Source: Abditibacteriaceae bacterium
GTDB lineage: Bacteria; Armatimonadota; Abditibacteriia; Abditibacteriales; Abditibacteriaceae
Length of the DNA: 13,785 bases
Assembly (NCBI GenBank): GCA_031425655.1
Contig: JANPJS010000249.1
Span: forward strand, 1 to 13,785
Reading direction: 5' to 3'
Positions within the stretch are counted from its first letter, which is position 1. Each line of letters opens with the position of its first letter. Position numbers and translations under genes: made by a program. Positions 1-5,701 of the stretch are shown here, piece by piece. The notes beneath the pieces were generated by a model. The model was given only the letters and a program-made list of their open reading frames with translations. It had not been told where the DNA came from and made no database searches.

Positions 1-78
1 TAAAAGTTTTGAGTTTTGAGTTGAGAAGACGGCCTTCGATTCTTAACTCAAAACTCAAAACTTTTAACTCAAAACTCA
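1..78. repeat. Heptamer-repeat inverted repeat (TTTTGAG / CTCAAAA arms), truncated by the window edge
   Basis: TAAAAGTTTTGAGTTTTGAGTTGAGAA is complementary (one G-U) to TTCTTAACTCAAAACTCAAAACTTTTA around a 12-nt loop; 7-nt periodicity. Confidence 0.85.
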
Positions 79-81
79 TCT

Positions 82-149
82 TGCGGGTTGCTCCGGGAGC
101 CGGGCGGTCTCATAAGCCGCGCAGGGAAGTTCAACTCTTCCATCCGCAA
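82..149 (+). tRNA. Atypical tRNA with CAU anticodon (Met/Ile2-like) and reduced D-arm; possibly a pseudo-tRNA
   Basis: Acceptor TGCGGGT(82-88)/ATCCGCA(142-148); D-arm GCTC-CGG-GAGC; anticodon arm GCGGT-CTCATAA-GCCGC (104-120); T-arm GGAAG-TTCAACT-CTTCC (125-141); no encoded CCA. Confidence 0.75.
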
Positions 150-157
150 TCAGTATC

Positions 158-229
158 GGAAATTGGGAATTTAGAATGGAGAACAGCGGGCTGCAATTCA
201 AAATTCTCAATTCAAAATTCTTAATTCTA
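158..229. repeat. Heptamer-repeat inverted repeat (GAATT / AATTC family)
   Basis: Purine-rich GAATTnn units, loop AGCGGGCTGCA, then AATTCnn units; loop and right arm nearly identical to the copy at 1176-1252. Confidence 0.8.
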
Positions 230-230
230 A

Positions 231-362
231 AGCGGCGTAGTGTAGAGGAAGCACTCCAAAATTTCCCTTCGCAATTTTTGCCCGCCGATTCATGGCGCGG
301 GCCGGCGCAAAGGGTTACCGCCTCCTAAGCGGGAAGGGCAGGTTCGATTCCTGCCGCCGCCA
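231..362 (+). ncRNA. Y RNA, YrlA-type tRNA mimic, retaining an Arg(CCU) anticodon arm
   Basis: Acceptor (A)GCGGCG/CGCCGC(C); D-arm GTGT-AGAGGAA-GCAC; Ro helix TTTGCCCGC(277-285)/GCGGGCCG(297-304) followed by GGGTTA(312-317); CCGC-CTCCTAA-GCGG (318-332); T-arm GCAGG-TTCGATT-CCTGC (338-354); upstream of ro60. Confidence 0.85.
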
Positions 363-392
363 TTGAAGAAATCTCGCAAGAGAAATCTTCAA
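363..392 (+). other. Spacer hairpin with GNRA (GCAA) tetraloop
   Basis: TTGAAGA..TCTC-GCAA-GAGA..TCTTCAA, between two Y RNAs. Confidence 0.6.
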
Positions 393-474
393 CCGAACGG
401 GCCGTTGGCTGTGGATTATCATTTGACTCTTAATCAAACCCGATAAAACATCCACGCCAGTTTTGTCTGTTCGG
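393..474 (+). ncRNA. Y RNA (end-paired topology) carrying a Lys(CUU) anticodon-like arm
   Basis: CCGAACGGGCCG pairs with TTTGTCTGTTCGG with a bulged C; TGGCTGTGGAT/ATCCACGCCA upper stem; GGATTAT motif; internal TTTGA-CTCTTAA-TCAAA (422-438). Confidence 0.8.
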
Positions 475-485
475 AAGCACAATCA

Positions 486-636
486 GGCGGGCCGTTGGGT
501 CTGGGTTATCTGGTTACAGTGAGTTCGATCCTTGCACTTCGTCCGGCCAGGCGAGGCGTTGGTTTGGCCCAAACGAGGTTTCCCACGCGCGACAGCAATG
601 CCGCAAAGGGGTTGCCCAGCCCGCACTTTGCCTGCC
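486..636 (+). ncRNA. Large Y RNA (end-paired topology) with a multibranch domain including a T-loop-like arm
   Basis: GGCGGGCCG(486-494)/TTTGCCTGCC(627-636); GGGTCTGGGT/GCCCAGCCC upper stem; GGGTTAT at 503-509; GTGAG-TTCGATC-CTTGC at 519-535. Confidence 0.78.
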
Positions 637-644
637 CAATTTTC

Positions 645-707
645 AGAATTGAGAATAGTGAATGAAGAAATGCAGTCCAATTTTCTACATTCTTCATTCT
701 AAATTCT
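645..707. repeat. Heptamer-repeat inverted repeat (GAATT / AATTC family)
   Basis: AGAATTGAGAATAGTGAATGAAGAAA - TGCAGTCCAA loop - TTTTCTACATTCTTCATTCTAAATTCT. Confidence 0.8.
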
Positions 708-711
708 TCAC

Positions 712-849
712 GAACAACGTAGCTCAACGGTAGAGCATTAGAAGGCCGCAAGGCCGTTTCCCTGCCCGCTTTTTGCCCGATGGGTCGGGCCGTAGGAACA
801 GGGTTATCTTGGATCTGAAGGTTCCCGGTTCGAGTCCGGGCGTTGTTCA
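712..849 (+). ncRNA. Y RNA, YrlA-type tRNA mimic
   Basis: Acceptor GAACAACG/CGTTGTTC; D-arm GCTC-AACGGTA-GAGC; extra GGCC-GCAA-GGCC hairpin (744-755); Ro helix TTTGCCCGA(772-780)/TCGGGCCG(785-792); GGGTTAT at 801-807; T-arm CCCGG-TTCGAGT-CCGGG (824-840). Confidence 0.88.
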
Positions 850-853
850 CAGA

Positions 854-934
854 CCGTCGTTGCGGGCCGAAGCCATTGGGTTATTGTCTTGAAAACACTG
901 CGCCCCAATCGCGTTCACTTGTCCGCTGCGACGG
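854..934 (+). ncRNA. Y RNA (end-paired topology) carrying a Ser(UGA) anticodon-like arm
   Basis: CCGTCGTTGCGGGCCG pairs with CTTGTCCGCTGCGACGG; ATTGGG/CCCAAT upper stem; GGGTTAT at 878-884; internal TGT-CTTGAAA-ACA (885-897). Confidence 0.82.
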
Positions 935-942
935 AAATCACG

Positions 943-1088
943 GACGGTGTAGCTCAGTCTGGTTAGAGCGACGGAACAGAATTGTGAATTTAGAATTGAG
1001 AATGGAGAAATGCAGATTCCTTTCTCCATTCTAAATTCACAATTCTTCATTCCGTTAGTCCCCGGTTCAAATCCGGGCACCGTTCCCA
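943..1088 (+). ncRNA. tRNA-like RNA or interrupted tRNA, anticodon loop replaced by a 69-nt repeat hairpin
   Basis: Acceptor GACGGTG/CACCGTT; D-arm GCTC-AGTCTGGTTA-GAGC; stem ACGGAA(971-976)/TTCCGT(1050-1055); T-arm CCCGG-TTCAAAT-CCGGG; encoded CCA at 1086-1088; no Ro motif. Confidence 0.8.
978..1046. repeat. Heptamer-repeat inverted repeat inserted in an anticodon loop
   Basis: 978-996 is perfectly complementary to 1028-1046 and 1004-1010 to 1021-1027, with one extra heptamer (997-1003) bulged; loop TGCAGATTCC. Confidence 0.9.
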
Positions 1089-1091
1089 GTT

Positions 1092-1166
1092 CGTGAGACG
1101 GGCCGAAGCGTTTGGGTTATCAATTTCCATGATCCGCCCCAATCGCGTTGTCTTGTCCGTCTCACG
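1092..1166 (+). ncRNA. Y RNA (end-paired topology), paralog of 854-934
   Basis: CGTGAGACGGGCCG pairs with CTTGTCCGTCTCACG; GGGTTAT at 1114-1120; shares CGGGCCGAAGC, TTGGGTTAT, CGCCCCAATCGCGTT and CTTGTCCG with 854-934. Confidence 0.82.
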
Positions 1167-1175
1167 GCAAAATTA

Positions 1176-1252
1176 TGAATTGAGAATTAAGAATGAAGAA
1201 TAGAGAAAAGCGGACTGCAATTCAAAATTCAACATTCAAAATTCTCAATTCC
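1176..1252. repeat. Heptamer-repeat inverted repeat directly before the ro60 RBS
   Basis: GAATTGAGAATTAAGAATGAAGAAT - AGCGGACTGCA loop - ATTCAAAATTCAACATTCAAAATTCTCAATTC. Confidence 0.8.
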
Positions 1253-1271
1253 GAAAAAGGAGGGTCGAACA

Positions 1272-2912
1272 ATGACCTACTTGAAGAACTTGGCCGCGCG
1301 TTTGAACGGAGATTCCACGCGCGGCGCCGTCCCGAACGGCACGCCGCAAAACGAGCCGATTCTCGGCACGTCGCAGGTGCGAAACAGCGCCGGCGGCTAC
1401 GTCTGGGCGGTGGACGACTGGACGCGCTTGAACCGCTTCCTAATTTTGGGAGCAGAAGGCGGCAGCTATTACGCGAGCGAGCGTGCTCTGACAGCCGAAA
1501 ATGCCGGCGCCGTTTTCCGCTGCGTGGATGCCGATGGCCCGCGCGTGGTGCAAACCATCGTGGACATCAGCAAAAGCGGACGGGCGCCGAAGAACGATCC
1601 GGCATTGTTCGCCCTTGCTTTGGCCGCGGCTTACGGTGACGACGCCACGCGCCGAGCCGCGTTGGACGCACTGCCTCAAATCGCGCGCACCGGCACGCAT
1701 TTGATGCACTTCGCGGCTTTCGTGGACGGCAAGCGCGGCTGGGGCCGTGGTTTGCGTCGGGCCATCGGCGCGTGGTATGAGGCGCGTCCCGCGAAGGACG
1801 TGGCCTATCAGGCGCTGAAATATCAGGCGCGCGACGGTTGGAGCCACCGCGATTTGCTGCGCTTGGCGCATCCTCAGCCGGCTAACGATTCGCAGCGCAC
1901 GCTGTATCACTGGATCACGCAAGGCTGGGAGGGAGTCGGCGACGAGCCGCATCCCGACCCCGCGCTGCGCCAGATTTGGGCTTTCGAGCGGGCCAAGCGC
2001 GCGACGACGGCAGTCGAAATTGCAAGCCTGATCCGCGATTATCGTTTGCCGCGCGAAGCCATTCCGACGCAATGGCTGAACGAAGCTGTTGTGTGGGAGG
2101 CGTTGCTCGACGATATGCCGATGACGGCCTTGATTCGCAACCTCGCTACGCTGACGCGCGTGGGACTTCTGGCGCCGAAAAGCGACTGGACGAAGCGCGT
2201 TATCGAGCAAATCGGCGACACAACTCGGCTGCGTAAGGCGCGCGTGCATCCGATTGCCGTTTTGTCGGCGCTCCGCACTTATGCAGGTGGTCACGGCGTG
2301 CGCGGTGGCAACACCTGGACGCCGGTGCAGAAAGTCGTGGACGCTCTTGACGGCGCGTTCTACGCCGCTTTCGGCAACGTCGAGCCGACGAACGCGCGCT
2401 GGCTATTGGGCCTTGATGTTTCGGGTTCGATGACCTGCGGCAACGTCGCCGGTGTGCCGGGATTGACGCCGCGCGAAGCCAGTTCCGCGATGGCTTTAGT
2501 CACAGCGGCGACCGAGCCGCATTATCAGACGATGGCGTTTTGCGACCGCTTTGTGCCGCTCGGACTATCGCCTCGCCAGCGTTTGGACGACGTGCTGAAG
2601 TTGACGAACAACCTGTCGTTCGGCGCGACCGACTGCGCCTTGCCGATGCTGTGGGCGATGCAGCACAAGGCCGAAATTGACGTTTTCGTGGTCTACACCG
2701 ACAGCGAAACGTGGTTCGGCAAAGTGCATCCGGTTCAAGCGTTGCGTCAGTATCGTGAGAAGACCGGCATCGCGGCGCGTTTAATCGTGTGCGGCATGGT
2801 GGCGAACGCGTTCACCATCGCCGACCCGAAGGATGCAGGCATGATGGACGTGGTCGGTTTCGATACCGCCACGCCGCAACTCATCGCAGACTTCGCGCGC
2901 GGCGAGTTGTGA
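1272..2912 (+). CDS. rsr: Ro60-related RNA-binding protein (TROVE + vWA domains)
   Basis: 546 aa; N-terminal NSAGGYVW..LNRFLILG..GSYY; KYQARDGWSHRDLLRLAHP; MPMTALIRNLA; RVHP; MIDAS residues in LDVSGSM / GATDC / YTDSET; RBS AAGGAGG at 1257-1263; adjacent Y RNA motifs. Confidence 0.96.
   Translation: MTYLKNLAARLNGDSTRGAVPNGTPQNEPILGTSQVRNSAGGYVWAVDDWTRLNRFLILGAEGGSYYASERALTAENAGAVFRCVDADGPRVVQTIVDISKSGRAPKNDPALFALALAAAYGDDATRRAALDALPQIARTGTHLMHFAAFVDGKRGWGRGLRRAIGAWYEARPAKDVAYQALKYQARDGWSHRDLLRLAHPQPANDSQRTLYHWITQGWEGVGDEPHPDPALRQIWAFERAKRATTAVEIASLIRDYRLPREAIPTQWLNEAVVWEALLDDMPMTALIRNLATLTRVGLLAPKSDWTKRVIEQIGDTTRLRKARVHPIAVLSALRTYAGGHGVRGGNTWTPVQKVVDALDGAFYAAFGNVEPTNARWLLGLDVSGSMTCGNVAGVPGLTPREASSAMALVTAATEPHYQTMAFCDRFVPLGLSPRQRLDDVLKLTNNLSFGATDCALPMLWAMQHKAEIDVFVVYTDSETWFGKVHPVQALRQYREKTGIAARLIVCGMVANAFTIADPKDAGMMDVVGFDTATPQLIADFARGEL
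2850..2912 (+). repeat. Direct repeat copy 1: last 21 codons of ro60
   Basis: Aligns without gaps to 3805-3867, 49/63 identical by manual count. Confidence 0.85.
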
Positions 2913-2913
2913 T

Positions 2914-2951
2914 ACTGAAGGCACATCGGAATTTTTCGATGTGCCTTCAGT
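2914..2951 (+). terminator. Strong hairpin right after the ro60 stop (terminator or mRNA stabiliser)
   Basis: ACTGAAGGCACATCG / CGATGTGCCTTCAGT perfect 15-bp stem with only a short T run after it. Confidence 0.6.
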
Positions 2952-2974
2952 TTGAGCATCGGGAGAAAATTGCA

Positions 2975-3808
2975 ATGGATCGCCTGCAACAGAAAAACGA
3001 ACTTTTTATGAAGCTGGGTGCTTTACTGAATCCACTTCAACGTCTTGTGGAGCATCCAGACGGATACGACGAGCAAGAGCGTGCTGAGATATTGGCTCGC
3101 TATTTTGTGGAATGGGCAGATTTAGCTAGCCAATTTGGAGTATTTGCGCGAGGGCAAGAAGGGCATTACTATCGTATAGAAGACGGCCAATTTTTTTTTG
3201 CTCTTGGGCAGCTTGCTGATTGTAAAACATATGATAATGTCGCCTTGCGAAATCTTGTAGACAAGGCGGTGGAGACCGCACGTAATGCCATCTGTGCCAT
3301 TCCAATTCCTAAAACCTCAGAAATATTGGAAGCACGGTCGCCCTTCACCGCCTTCTGCAAAATTAAGGATTTAGTCGAAGGCGATGCTGCCCACGAATTG
3401 GTTTGGGTAGACGCGTATATGGACTTAAACATCTTTCATCGTTTTGTGCGTGGCGTTGCTCCGGGCGTTGCCATTACTTTAGTTACAGAGGCACCCAGAG
3501 CAAATGCCAGCAGGCGCGACCAAGATCGTTGGACAGGGTTTCTCGACGTGTCGCGGCTTTTCGGTCAAGAGCGCGGGGCATCTTTATATCGGCTTGTTGT
3601 GCATGGAAATGGGGCTTTGCATGACCGTTGGCTTTTATTGGATGGCAAGCGGTTATTTCATCTTGGCGGTTCAGCAAAAGATGCGGCAGACAGGTCGTAT
3701 TTTACTGTTGGTCGGCTCGATGCTTCGCTTGCGAACATTAGCCAGATTCAAGCTCATGTAGACGGAGGGAAAGAATATTTCGGTTCCACCACCACTTCAC
3801 ACCTGTAA
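2975..3808 (+). CDS. Hypothetical protein with a C-terminal PLD-like (HDR motif) putative nuclease domain
   Basis: 277 aa from ATG 2975 (GGGAG upstream). C-terminal LVWVDAYMD...ITLVT...LHDRWLLLDGKRLFHLGGSAKD resembles the 'D-P-Y ... HDRF.IID....GxS' PLD-like domains. Visibly more AT-rich than ro60. Confidence 0.7.
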   Translation: MDRLQQKNELFMKLGALLNPLQRLVEHPDGYDEQERAEILARYFVEWADLASQFGVFARGQEGHYYRIEDGQFFFALGQLADCKTYDNVALRNLVDKAVETARNAICAIPIPKTSEILEARSPFTAFCKIKDLVEGDAAHELVWVDAYMDLNIFHRFVRGVAPGVAITLVTEAPRANASRRDQDRWTGFLDVSRLFGQERGASLYRLVVHGNGALHDRWLLLDGKRLFHLGGSAKDAADRSYFTVGRLDASLANISQIQAHVDGGKEYFGSTTTSHL

Positions 3809-3867
3809 TCGGATTCGTCGTAACCACGCCGCAACTCATCGCCGATTTCGCGCGCGGCACGTTGTAA
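3805..3867 (+). pseudogene. Direct repeat copy 2: displaced 3' fragment of a ro60 allele
   Basis: Translates VIGFVVTTPQLIADFARGTL* versus ro60 VVGFDTATPQLIADFARGEL*. Confidence 0.85.
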
Positions 3868-3908
3868 ATAAAGGCGGCAGGCAATAATTGCCTGCCGCCT
3901 TTATTTTT
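3866..3908. terminator. Bidirectional intrinsic terminator
   Basis: AAATAAAGGCGGCAGGCAAT-A-ATTGCCTGCCGCCTTTATTT perfect inverted repeat between convergent genes, with T-rich tails on both strands. Confidence 0.85.
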
Positions 3909-3912
3909 GCTT

Positions 3913-4377
3913 TTACAGCAAAACCACGATATTGCCAGCTTCATCAATCTCTACGGGATAGGTCGCCACACGCGAATGGCGGTCGTAGAGGCCTTTGCCG
4001 GTGGGAATGTCGAATTCCCAGCCGTGCCACGGGCAGCGCAAAACGCGGCCTTCGAGGGCCGGATCGAATTCGCCGACCGCGCCGGGCCGGTGCGTGGTTT
4101 GAATGTGGCCCTGACAAAGCGGCGCTCCGGCGTGCGGGCAGACGTTTTTGATGGCGAAAAACTCGCCTTTAATGTTAAAAACGCCAATTGAGATGCCTTC
4201 GCCTTCGACGATGCGTTTTTCCCCGATACTGATTTCCTGAGCCGGGCCGATGATTAAACGCTGGCCGCGTTTTGCGATGGGCGGCTTAGCCGCGTCCACC
4301 ACGGCGAAGGCGTAATCGAGCGGCGCTTCCGGCCCAAAACCGTTGTTCACTCCGGGAATGTTCTCGCGCTCGTTCAT
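3913..4377 (-). CDS. Rieske [2Fe-2S] ferredoxin
   Basis: CPHAGAPL...[11 protein letters not shown]ieske motifs; ATG 4377 overlaps the upstream TGA (ATGA) and follows a GGAGG RBS. Confidence 0.92.
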   Translation of the reverse strand: MNERENIPGVNNGFGPEAPLDYAFAVVDAAKPPIAKRGQRLIIGPAQEISIGEKRIVEGEGISIGVFNIKGEFFAIKNVCPHAGAPLCQGHIQTTHRPGAVGEFDPALEGRVLRCPWHGWEFDIPTGKGLYDRHSRVATYPVEIDEAGNIVVLL

Positions 4378-5480
4378 GCCGCCACCTCCGCGAATTCGCG
4401 TTCGCTTTTGGGCTGCCAATCGGTCAGCTTTTCCGCAAGCGGCGGCAGGCCGTAAAGCTCGGCGGCGTTGGAATAAAAGATTCGCGCCTTGAGATTTTGC
4501 TCCATGCGTGGAGGAAAAACGCGGCGCGGGTCGTCAAAGTCCCAGTGCGGAAAATCGCTGGCGAAACACAGCGTTTTCTCGGCGTGAATCATCTCGAAAA
4601 GCTGAAGGAGATGTTGAGGCGTCTCCGGCTCCTCAATGGGCTGCGTCGTGACGCGAATATGCTCGATGATGTATTCGCTCGGCAATCGTTTGAGCCACGG
4701 CAGCGTCGAACGCAACGCCTTGAAGTTCTTGTCCAGACGCCACATCAAATGCGGCAGCCAGCCGAAACCGCCTTCGACCAAAACCACTTTCAGACTGGGA
4801 AACTTCTCGAAGACGCCCTCGGCAACCAAACTCGCGGTATGCGCCATAAAGGTTAGAGGCAGTGTGGAATGCCACTCGAAATACGAGGACGGCATTCCCA
4901 CCGGCGTGCTGGGCGTGCGTGCGCCTTCGGCGCCGGGATGCAAGGCGAAGGCGATGCCCATTTCGGCGCAGGCTTCGTAAATCGGATGATAAAAGCGATG
5001 CCCGTAGAGCATCACGCTTTCGCCCGTGACGATAACCTGCACCATTTGAGGATGCCGCCCAACGCGGCGAATCTCGGCTGCGGCTTGCATCGGATCGTTC
5101 ATGTTGACGCAAACCGAGCCGAGAAAGCGCGTGTCCGTGTCCAGCCAGTGCTCGATTTGCCAGTCGTTCCACGCCCGCGCGAGGGCGCAGCCCACGTCAA
5201 TGTTGGCGACTAAGCTGATGCTGAGTCCGGGCGGCTGCAACACGCCGTAAACGATGCCGTAACGCTCGAAATGCTGCTTGATTACGTCTTGTGGCGTGGC
5301 ACACGACACATCGCGCCGGTTGACGCCGAACGGGTTTTGATAGCCTTGTCCCGGCTGCGAAGCCTGCCCCTGCGCCACCGCCTGCCGAAAATTCTCGGCG
5401 ATGTGCGGCCCCAATGGCAGCGCCTCGCTGGCGGAAGGGTGAACGTCGCAATCAATCAATGGCAAATCGAAATTTTTCAT
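4374..5480 (-). CDS. Amidohydrolase family protein (amidohydrolase_2 type)
   Basis: [28 protein letters not shown] and [11 protein letters not shown] motifs; coupled to the Rieske gene. Confidence 0.92.
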   Translation of the reverse strand: MKNFDLPLIDCDVHPSASEALPLGPHIAENFRQAVAQGQASQPGQGYQNPFGVNRRDVSCATPQDVIKQHFERYGIVYGVLQPPGLSISLVANIDVGCALARAWNDWQIEHWLDTDTRFLGSVCVNMNDPMQAAAEIRRVGRHPQMVQVIVTGESVMLYGHRFYHPIYEACAEMGIAFALHPGAEGARTPSTPVGMPSSYFEWHSTLPLTFMAHTASLVAEGVFEKFPSLKVVLVEGGFGWLPHLMWRLDKNFKALRSTLPWLKRLPSEYIIEHIRVTTQPIEEPETPQHLLQLFEMIHAEKTLCFASDFPHWDFDDPRRVFPPRMEQNLKARIFYSNAAELYGLPPLAEKLTDWQPKSEREFAEVAA

Positions 5481-5609
5481 TTATTTCCTCGCCCTTTTAG
5501 TATTGCCGCTAAGCTGTGGTGTGAGTTTGCGTTTTTCGCGCGACGGTTTACGATTTATTTCAGGAAGAGATCCACAACGCGCGTTGATAGTCAATGGCGT
5601 AAATAGAAC

Positions 5610-5640
5610 AAAACACCGCGCCCAAAATGGGCACGGTGTT
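5610..5640 (-). terminator. Intrinsic terminator downstream of the tRNA-Pro fragment
   Basis: Minus strand AACACCGTGCCCA-TTT-TGGGCGCGGTGTT followed by TTGTTCT. Confidence 0.7.
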
Positions 5641-5647
5641 GATTTCA

Positions 5648-5690
5648 TTGGGGTGGCGAGATTTGAACTCACGACCTCTGCATTCCGAAC
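5648..5690 (-). pseudogene. 3' half of tRNA-Pro(CGG); att-site-like fragment
   Basis: Minus strand GTTCGGAATGCAGAGGTCGTGAGTTCAAATCTCGCCACCCCAA = anticodon loop, variable region, T-arm and acceptor 3' strand; no D-arm or 5' half adjacent. Confidence 0.75.
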
Positions 5691-5701
5691 GACAAATTGG
5701 G

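Noticed and set aside
807..821. Anticodon cargo in the 712-849 Y RNA (CTT-GGATCTG-AAG)
   Set aside because: It is a 7-nt loop at the equivalent position but lacks pyrimidine-32/U33 and has a weak stem, so it was not counted.
977..1049. Group I or archaeal-type tRNA intron
   Set aside because: Too short for a ribozyme, no bulge-helix-bulge motif, and excision does not restore a canonical anticodon loop.
9..1080. Short ORFs (9-224, 483-680, 506-850, 843-1034, 847-1080) with ILNS/ELRM-type peptides
   Set aside because: They are translations of heptamer repeats and structured RNA genes, with no RBS or protein-like content.
1..1252. CRISPR-like repeat-spacer array
   Set aside because: Repeats vary in length and sequence, spacing is irregular, the spacers are structured RNAs, and no cas genes are present.
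1440..2294. 284-aa antisense ORF and other overlapping ORFs inside ro60, the amidohydrolase, cstA, glcF, the kinase and NlpC
   Set aside because: Expected shadow ORFs in GC-rich coding DNA, with no recognisable motifs.
2789..2974. N-terminal extension of the 339-aa ORF
   Set aside because: It overlaps ro60 and the hairpin; ATG 2975 with an upstream GGGAG is the more plausible start.
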